Shown here in pieces: positions 58,191 to 64,000 of a stretch of DNA of 64,000 nt (its first letter is position 1; each line of letters starts with the position of its first letter). Origin of the DNA: an uncultured Porphyromonadaceae bacterium. GTDB taxonomy: Bacteria > Bacteroidota > Bacteroidia > Bacteroidales > Muribaculaceae. The stretch is taken from assembly GCA_947176755.1 (NCBI GenBank), contig CAMWRW010000002.1, positions 3,773 through 67,772 on the forward strand, given 5' to 3'. The position numbers and the translations under genes were made by a program. Under the pieces are notes generated by a model, which did no database searches, was not told the origin of the DNA, and saw only the letters and a program-made list of their open reading frames with translations.

Positions 58191-58346
58191 CTAATTTTTT
58201 CTTATTTATGCTCCCCTTTTTGGGATTAATTCAGGCTCCGGACCGCTTTTTAAATTTCTTTAATTATCTTTGCTATGTTTTAGACCTCGTTCCCCCATGA
58301 TATTTGGGTTGCTCCGGGGTCGTGTCATTCTCATCAGGCAATTTAA

Positions 58347-59756
58347 ATGTCTCCCATAGCCGATAACCTTCTGAAGATTGCTCTCGGACATCTTTACCAT
58401 CATCCGACGGATTGCCAGTTGGAGGCCTTGAGGGCCGGCGCGGCTCTCGTGGCCGACAGCGATCCTCGTAGTGTCCTCGTTATTAATGGGTATGCCGGCA
58501 CGGGTAAAACTTCTGTAGTTGCCTCCCTGATTAGAGCGGCCGACGAAATGAGGCGGCGTGTTGTCATTCTTGCCCCGACCGGTCGTGCGGCAAATGTGGC
58601 CGCCCGTTTCTCCAATCATCAGGCTTCAACTATTCATCGACGTCTTTTCCGTCCCGCTCCCGGCGATCCCGACGGTTCGAGATTCATTCTGGCTCCCAAT
58701 CAGCTGCGCGACGCTCTGTTTGTCGTCGACGAAGCTTCTCTTATTCCCGACAGCGGAGATTCGGATATTCTCGCGCTCCTGATCCGTTATGTCTATTCCG
58801 CTCCGGGGTGCAGGATGATTCTTGTCGGTGATGACGCTCAGTTGCCTCCTGTTGGCCAGATGTCATCTTCAGCTCTCAGTCCGGAGCGCCTCGCTCAATT
58901 CGGACTCAATCCAAATGTGGTCAGACTTGATGAGGTTGTCCGCCAGCAAGCTGAATCCGGAATCGTGATGAACGCCACTCTCACACGCGGCCGTCTTGGT
59001 CTCCTTGAGCAGGATGCTCCTCCATTTTGCCTTGATCTGAGAGGATTCTCGGATGTGTCGGTGGTCTCGACTGCCGAGCTCGCGGAACTGCTGACTTCTT
59101 CTTATTCTGAAGTCGGTGTTGATGAAACAATCGTGATTACTCGCTCCAACAAGCGGGCAAATAATTTTAATAATGCAATCAGAAACACGGTTCTTTATGC
59201 CGAGGGCCCGCTTGAACGTGGCGACAGGTTAATCGTGGCTAAAAATGATTATTTCTGGCCGAAGGAGAATAAACTTAAGACTCGTCTTGTTGCCAATGGA
59301 GATGCCGTAGGGGTCGAATGGGTCGGAGAATGCGTGAAAATGTACGGTCGTTTCTTCACCGAGGCCGAGCTTCGTCTGTCTGACGGCTCTCTTATGACAG
59401 CTCAAATTATGTTGCGGAGCCTTGCTTGCGACGGTCCCTCTATTCCTCGCCACGAACTCCTGCGCTTTCATTCTGTCGTTATGGATGCTTATGAAGGCGC
59501 TTACACTGAAAAACTGGCCTCCGCCATGTCGGACGCCTATTATAATGCTCTCCAGGTTAAATACGGTTACTGTGTCACATGTCATAAAGCGCAGGGCGGA
59601 CAATGGCGACACGTTTATATCGATATGGGGGGAATTGATCCTGAGACTGTCGACAGCGATTTCTACCGTTGGCTATACACGGCGCTGACACGCGCCACCG
59701 GCCATGTTTTTCTCATCAATCCGACTGTCCCCATACTCGGAGTTGAATATGACTGA
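58347..59756 (+). CDS. RecD-like SF1 DNA helicase (AAA_30 + UvrD_C_2 type)
   Basis: 469 aa. INGYAGTGKTS (Walker A), LFVVDEASLI (motif II) and VTCHKAQGGQWRHVYI (C-terminal SF1 motif). Confidence 0.8.
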   Translation: MSPIADNLLKIALGHLYHHPTDCQLEALRAGAALVADSDPRSVLVINGYAGTGKTSVVASLIRAADEMRRRVVILAPTGRAANVAARFSNHQASTIHRRLFRPAPGDPDGSRFILAPNQLRDALFVVDEASLIPDSGDSDILALLIRYVYSAPGCRMILVGDDAQLPPVGQMSSSALSPERLAQFGLNPNVVRLDEVVRQQAESGIVMNATLTRGRLGLLEQDAPPFCLDLRGFSDVSVVSTAELAELLTSSYSEVGVDETIVITRSNKRANNFNNAIRNTVLYAEGPLERGDRLIVAKNDYFWPKENKLKTRLVANGDAVGVEWVGECVKMYGRFFTEAELRLSDGSLMTAQIMLRSLACDGPSIPRHELLRFHSVVMDAYEGAYTEKLASAMSDAYYNALQVKYGYCVTCHKAQGGQWRHVYIDMGGIDPETVDSDFYRWLYTALTRATGHVFLINPTVPILGVEYD

Positions 59757-59766
59757 AAATTTTTGT

Positions 59767-59933
59767 TAAGTATCTGTACGAAATTATTTATCGTATCGGA
59801 TTATGAAGTATGTGGATGAAATTTTGGATTTGGCTGAAGGCGTTATGGGGTTCCATAACAACTGAAGCCGGATTCTAAAGTTCGCCTCAGAATTTATGAG
59901 GCGATGCATTAAATAATTTCGTACACATACTTA
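59767..59933. mobile_element. 167 bp MITE-like element, copy 2
   Basis: Collinear with 44943-45109, same length, 4 substitutions. TIRs are TAAGTATCTGTACGAAATTATTTA / TAAATAATTTCGTACACATACTTA. It lies in the intergenic gap between the helicase stop and the tsf terminator. Confidence 0.85.
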
Positions 59934-59944
59934 TTACCGTTCAT

Positions 59945-59982
59945 AAAAACAGACGGCCCGCCGTTGCGAGCCGTCTGTTTTT
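59945..59982. terminator. Bidirectional intrinsic terminator (helicase / tsf)
   Basis: AAAAACAGACGGC...GCCGTCTGTTTTT, with A and T runs built into the stem ends. Confidence 0.75.
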
Positions 59983-60003
59983 ATGATTGTCAATTCCGAC
60001 TGA

Positions 60004-60996
60004 TTAGTCTTCGTTGAGGTTCACACGCTTGAAGGAGACCACTACGAGACCTTTTACAGTCTTATCGAGGAATTCTCCGACGGTGATTTTAGCATCCTGC
60101 ACGTAGGCCTGCTCAAGAAGACAGTTCTCTTTGAAGAACTTGTTCAGACGGCCGTTTGCGATGTTCTGGATCATAGCCTCGGGAAGGTTAGCTGCTTTAG
60201 CCTCTCCGGCTTCCTTCATGATCTGGCGACCGCGGGCTGCATCCTCTTCAGTGATCCATCCTTTGGTGATGTTGGAGTCGATGTGGTCTTCAGAGTCGAA
60301 GTGGTTGGGGTTGAGACCGGCCTTGCGGAGGGCTGCCTCCTGTGCTTTAACAACCTGCTCCTGTTTCGTCTTTTCGATTGCCACGCTGATTTCCTGGTCG
60401 ATTGTTGCCTGGGGAACATCGTTGCGGGAAATAGCGACGGGGTTCATGGACGCGATCTGCATGCAGACCTCGCGACCAACCTGGGGATCAAGACCTTCAA
60501 CATTGAAACCGGCGATTGCTGCCAGTTTGTCGTTGAAGTGATTGTATGAAGCGACGCTGGCGGCCTCGATGCATTCGAAATCACCGAGCTCCATCTTTTC
60601 GCCGGTCTTGCCAATCTCATCAGTGATGCTTTCAGCTACGGTGCGGCCTTCGAGGTCGAGAGCCTTGAGAGCTTCCACATCAGAAACCTTAGCGGCGAGA
60701 GCAGCGTCAAGGATTTTCTTAGTGAGGGCACGGAACGATTCGTTCTTTGCCACGAAGTCAGTTTCACACTTCAGGGTCACGATAGCAGCGTAGTTGCCGT
60801 TAGTGCCGCCCATTACGCAACCTTCGGCTGCATTGCGGTCCTCACGTTTGGCGGCTACTGCCTGACCTTTCTTGCGGATGATCTCAATGGCTGCCTGGAT
60901 ATCGCCATCAGTCTCAGCGAGGGCGTTCTTGCAGTCCATCATACCTGCGCCGGTCATGTGACGCAGTTTCTTGATATCTTCAATATTTACTGCCAT
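60004..60996 (-). CDS. tsf: Translation elongation factor Ts
   Basis: 330 aa. IKKLRHMTGAGMMDCKNALAETDGDIQAAIEIIRKKG is the UBA-like N-domain of EF-Ts. Confidence 0.95.
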   Translation of the reverse strand: MAVNIEDIKKLRHMTGAGMMDCKNALAETDGDIQAAIEIIRKKGQAVAAKREDRNAAEGCVMGGTNGNYAAIVTLKCETDFVAKNESFRALTKKILDAALAAKVSDVEALKALDLEGRTVAESITDEIGKTGEKMELGDFECIEAASVASYNHFNDKLAAIAGFNVEGLDPQVGREVCMQIASMNPVAISRNDVPQATIDQEISVAIEKTKQEQVVKAQEAALRKAGLNPNHFDSEDHIDSNITKGWITEEDAARGRQIMKEAGEAKAANLPEAMIQNIANGRLNKFFKENCLLEQAYVQDAKITVGEFLDKTVKGLVVVSFKRVNLNED

Positions 60997-61005
60997 GATA
61001 GTATT

Positions 61006-61037
61006 GAAAAAGAGGCGCAGCCGCTAAGCCGCGCCTC
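61006..61037 (-). terminator. Hairpin plus T tract between rpsB and tsf (attenuator or partial terminator)
   Basis: On the minus strand, GAGGCGC...GCGCCTC is followed by TTTTT, 10 nt before the tsf ATG. Confidence 0.45.
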
Positions 61038-61052
61038 AAGGTTTGTTAAATC

Positions 61053-61895
61053 TTATTCAGCTGCGGGAGTTTCTTCCTTTACTTCCTCAGTCACCTCTAC
61101 CTTCTCAGCTGCGGGAGCTTCGTTGCGACGAACGCGACGACGCTTGCCTGCTGCGGGAGCTTCAGCTTCTTCTGAGTCCTTATCTTCGGGAGCATCGAGC
61201 TTCTCTACCTTGCGCTCCTCAAGACCTTCTGCCATTGCGGAAGTCACAGCGTCGAGAATGATGTCGATCGAGGTGGATGCATCGTCGTTTGCAGGGATTA
61301 CATAGTCAACATCTGCAGGGTTGGAGTTGGTGTCGACGATTGCGAACACGGGGATGCCAAGACGTTTTGCTTCTGCAACCGCGATGTGCTCTTTCATTAC
61401 GTCAACCACGAAGAGAGCCGACGGAAGACGACCGAGGTCTGCAATCGAACCGAGGTTCTTTTCGAGTTTCGCACGCTGACGAGTGATCTGGAGTTTCTCG
61501 CGCTTCGACAGGTTGTCGAACGTGCCATCCTTTGCCATCTTGTCGATGGTGGTCATCTTCTTGACAGCTTTGCGGATGGTGGGGAAGTTGGTGAGCATAC
61601 CGCCGGGCCAGCGCTCGATCACATAGGGCATGTTGATCGCTGCAGCCTTGTTGGCGATTGCTTCTTTGGCCTGTTTCTTGGTAGCCACGAAGAGAACCTT
61701 GCGTCCATCTTTCGCAATTTTGCGAAGGGCGTTGGATGCCTCTTCGATTTTGGCTGCCGTCTTATATAAGTCGATGATGTGGATACCGTTGCGCTCCATG
61801 AAAATGTAGGGGGCCATTGCGGGGTTCCATTTGCGTTTCAGGTGACCGAAATGACATCCTGCCTGAAGGAGCTGGTCGAATGTGGGTGTTGCCAT
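61053..61895 (-). CDS. rpsB: 30S ribosomal protein S2
   Basis: Track ORF 61053..61958, trimmed to MATPTFDQLLQAGCHFGHLKRKWNP. It has a charged C-terminal extension. Confidence 0.95.
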   Translation of the reverse strand: MATPTFDQLLQAGCHFGHLKRKWNPAMAPYIFMERNGIHIIDLYKTAAKIEEASNALRKIAKDGRKVLFVATKKQAKEAIANKAAAINMPYVIERWPGGMLTNFPTIRKAVKKMTTIDKMAKDGTFDNLSKREKLQITRQRAKLEKNLGSIADLGRLPSALFVVDVMKEHIAVAEAKRLGIPVFAIVDTNSNPADVDYVIPANDDASTSIDIILDAVTSAMAEGLEERKVEKLDAPEDKDSEEAEAPAAGKRRRVRRNEAPAAEKVEVTEEVKEETPAAE

Positions 61896-62042
61896 TCTTT
61901 TTTTGATTTTGTTTACGTTCTTTGGATTAATCAACTCCGGAGTAGGGAACGCGTCCATCTCCGGCGTTTAGATACTAAACTCTGTGCGTCGCGCGCACAT
62001 TTAAATATAGTCGGAAAGTCCGAAGGCTTGCAGTTCGGCGGA

Positions 62043-62429
62043 TTAACGCTTGGAGAACTGGAAGCGCTTGCGTGCTTTGGGACGACCCGGTTTCTTGCGC
62101 TCCACCTCGCGGGGGTCGCGGGTCATAAAGCCTTCCTTGCGGAGTGCGGACTTGTCCTCGGGGTTGATCTTCACGAGGGCACGGGCGATCGCGAGACGAA
62201 GTGCCTCGGCCTGTCCTTTGTAGCCGCCGCCGTCAAGGTGAGCAACGATGTCATACTTCTCTGCGCAGTCAAGCGTCAGAAGAGGCTGCTTTACGACATA
62301 CTGAAGAATCGAAGAGGGGAAATATACGTCGAGGGGACGCTTGTCGATTACGATTGTTCCGGTGCCTTCCGTAAGGTATACGCGGGCTACGGCTGCTTTA
62401 CGACGCCCGATTGCATTGATTTTTTCCAT
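62043..62429 (-). CDS. rpsI: 30S ribosomal protein S9
   Basis: 128 aa ending ...RKKPGRPKARKRFQFSKR. Confidence 0.97.
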   Translation of the reverse strand: MEKINAIGRRKAAVARVYLTEGTGTIVIDKRPLDVYFPSSILQYVVKQPLLTLDCAEKYDIVAHLDGGGYKGQAEALRLAIARALVKINPEDKSALRKEGFMTRDPREVERKKPGRPKARKRFQFSKR

Positions 62430-62437
62430 CTTCCTTC

Positions 62438-62914
62438 TTATTTCATTTTATTGATGTCGAGTGTCTCGGGATTCTTGTCTGCAAAGGGGTGTTCCGGTCC
62501 GTTGAACACGTGAAGGTTCGTAAGCTGCGCTGCTCCGAGCTTTGTCTTGGGAAGCATGCCTTTTACAACCTTGATGAAAAGGGGGTGCTTGCCTTTCATC
62601 GTCACCTTGTGAGATTTCTCCATAAGGTCTGCAGGGGTGAAGGAACGCTGACCGCCGGGATATCCCGTGTAACGGAGATATTCGCGCTTCTCCATCTTGC
62701 CGCCGTTCAGAACGACTTTGTCTGCATTGATGATGATCACGTTGTCGCCCATATCAAGGTTCGGCGTGAAATCAGGCTTGTTTTTGCCGCGAAGGATTTT
62801 TGCAACCTTCGAGCACAGACGTCCGAGCACCTGGTCGGTTGCGTCAATCACCACCCACTTCTTCTCGATAGTCTCCGGGGTGGCGGAAATAGTCTTGTAA
62901 CTTAAAGTATCCAC
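62438..62914 (-). CDS. rplM: 50S ribosomal protein L13 (GTG start)
   Basis: 158 aa. KKWVVIDATDQVLGRLCSKVAKILRGKNKP. The reverse complement of 62912-62914 is GTG. Confidence 0.95.
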   Translation of the reverse strand: MDTLSYKTISATPETIEKKWVVIDATDQVLGRLCSKVAKILRGKNKPDFTPNLDMGDNVIIINADKVVLNGGKMEKREYLRYTGYPGGQRSFTPADLMEKSHKVTMKGKHPLFIKVVKGMLPKTKLGAAQLTNLHVFNGPEHPFADKNPETLDINKMK

Positions 62915-63024
62915 TTTAATCTTTTTGTTTTAAATTAGTTAACTGTTGCCTTCGTCTCCTTCCGGTTGGCCAAAACCCTCGGGAGCGCGTGCGGCTAACG
63001 ATGTAACTGGATATAATCGGCTCG

Positions 63025-63056
63025 CAAAATTAATATTTTTTTCTCGTTCCGCCAAA
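63025..63056 (-). promoter_or_regulatory. Consensus promoter TTTG-N20-TAATTTTG for the rplM-rpsI operon
   Basis: The reverse complement of 63025-63032 is TAATTTTG and of 63053-63056 is TTTG, with a 20 nt spacer. The leader is about 105 nt. Confidence 0.55.
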
Positions 63057-63122
63057 TTCTTTTATTCCCAACTCCTCTTTTTTACATATTTTAGCTTGGC
63101 TCCCTCTTCCCTTTCCCGGGCG

Positions 63123-64000
63123 TTATCGATTGCCGATTATTTCCGGAGCGATGCTCAGGGCATAGGCCCACGCGGCGTCATGCGTGTTCTCCAGACGGCA
63201 CGCCATGATCTCTTCTTTTACCGCATTTTTTATCTCGCTTATCCAGGGGCCGGGAGGAAGTTGGAAATGGGCCATCAGTTCGTTCCCGTCTATCGGGTTG
63301 TGCCATTTGCGATATTCATCCGCGTCCTTTATCTGCGACATCCGTTCGCGGAGTCGCGAAAATCCCTCAAGCTGACGGCGCACTTTCGCCGGATTTTTTG
63401 ACGTGATGTCGGCTTCCGCAAGGGTCATCAGGTCTTCAAGATCTTCTCCTGAATCCGTGATCAGTCGCCTGACTCCGGAATCGGTCACTCCGTTTTCCCC
63501 TACCGACTGCGGCCGCATGTGAAGCCCGACGAGCTTCGCGACATATTTCATCTTTTCGTTGAGCGGCATCTTCATTTGACGGAAGATCTTCGGAATCATC
63601 TTCTCTCCGACGTAGTTGTGGTTATGAAAGGTCCAGCCAAGCCGCTCGTCATATCTTTTCGTGACAGGTTTGCCGATGTCATGTAACAGTGCCGCCCAGC
63701 GTAACCATTCGTTGTCGCTCTTTGAGGCCACATTGTCTACGACCTGGAGCGTATGGCTGAAGTTATCCTTATGTCCTCGGCCGTCGTGAACTTCCACTCC
63801 TTTAAGCGTTGCGATAGCCGGAAAGACAAGTTCGAGCAGACCCGCTTCTTCAAGAAGACGGAACCCTTTTGAGGGCCGCTCGGAACGCATTATTTTTCCC
63901 AGTTCGTCGTTTATGCGTTCGCGTGTGATTATCGATATTCTATCCCGGTTTCGCTTTATGGCCTCGAACGTATCGGGGAGAATGTCGAAATCGAGCTGTG
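63123..64000 (-). CDS. tRNA nucleotidyltransferase / poly(A) polymerase family protein with HD domain, C-terminal part; 5' end lies beyond the window
   Basis: Track ORF 63123..63890, but the frame stays open upstream to 64000 (...FDFDILPDTFEAIKRNRDRISIITRERINDELGKIMRS...). Contains HKDNFSHTLQVVD and LLHDIGKP, the HD motif. Confidence 0.8.
   Translation of the reverse strand, partial: QLDFDILPDTFEAIKRNRDRISIITRERINDELGKIMRSERPSKGFRLLEEAGLLELVFPAIATLKGVEVHDGRGHKDNFSHTLQVVDNVASKSDNEWLRWAALLHDIGKPVTKRYDERLGWTFHNHNYVGEKMIPKIFRQMKMPLNEKMKYVAKLVGLHMRPQSVGENGVTDSGVRRLITDSGEDLEDLMTLAEADITSKNPAKVRRQLEGFSRLRERMSQIKDADEYRKWHNPIDGNELMAHFQLPPGPWISEIKNAVKEEIMACRLENTHDAAWAYALSIAPEIIGNR

Noticed and set aside
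61053-61230. Charged Ala/Glu/Lys-rich C-terminal extension of ribosomal protein S2.
   Set aside because: C-terminal charged extensions of S2 are widespread in Bacteroidota and other phyla. Nothing here suggests a fusion or frameshift.

Overview
This 64 kb window looks like a chromosomal segment from a Bacteroidota, probably Bacteroidales, genome. The evidence is repeated TTTG-N20-TAnnTTTG promoter boxes, no Shine-Dalgarno reliance, the rplM-rpsI-rpsB-tsf order, gldE, and T9SS-type C-terminal sorting domains. Most of it is densely packed housekeeping: parC (partial), queFED, aspS, dusB, dcp, two rhomboid proteases, hup, argS, pnp, an AddA-like helicase-nuclease, glyQS, asd, fabD, eno, a RecD-like helicase, ribosomal protein genes and a partial CCA/HD nucleotidyltransferase. 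I saw no rRNA, tRNA, CRISPR array, transposase, integrase or recognisable defence genes. Three things stand out. (1) An accessory-looking island at about 29.1-40.8 kb holds four very large secreted proteins with FN3 and beta-sandwich modules and apparent T9SS C-terminal domains. Two are tandem paralogs whose promoters and roughly 130 nt leaders were duplicated with them. The island sits divergently against gldE. (2) A 167 bp MITE-like element with 24 bp terminal inverted repeats and flanking TA occurs twice. Removing one copy restores a perfect ATGA stop/start overlap between two genes. (3) The 0.8 kb noncoding gap at 12.3-13.1 kb contains a 364 bp element bounded by inverted arms of 36 and 37 nt, with a highly structured core, orphan consensus promoters and a strong terminator. 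It could be a MITE, an inverton or ncRNA genes. All functional calls come from reading the translations and motifs by eye. No database search was run.
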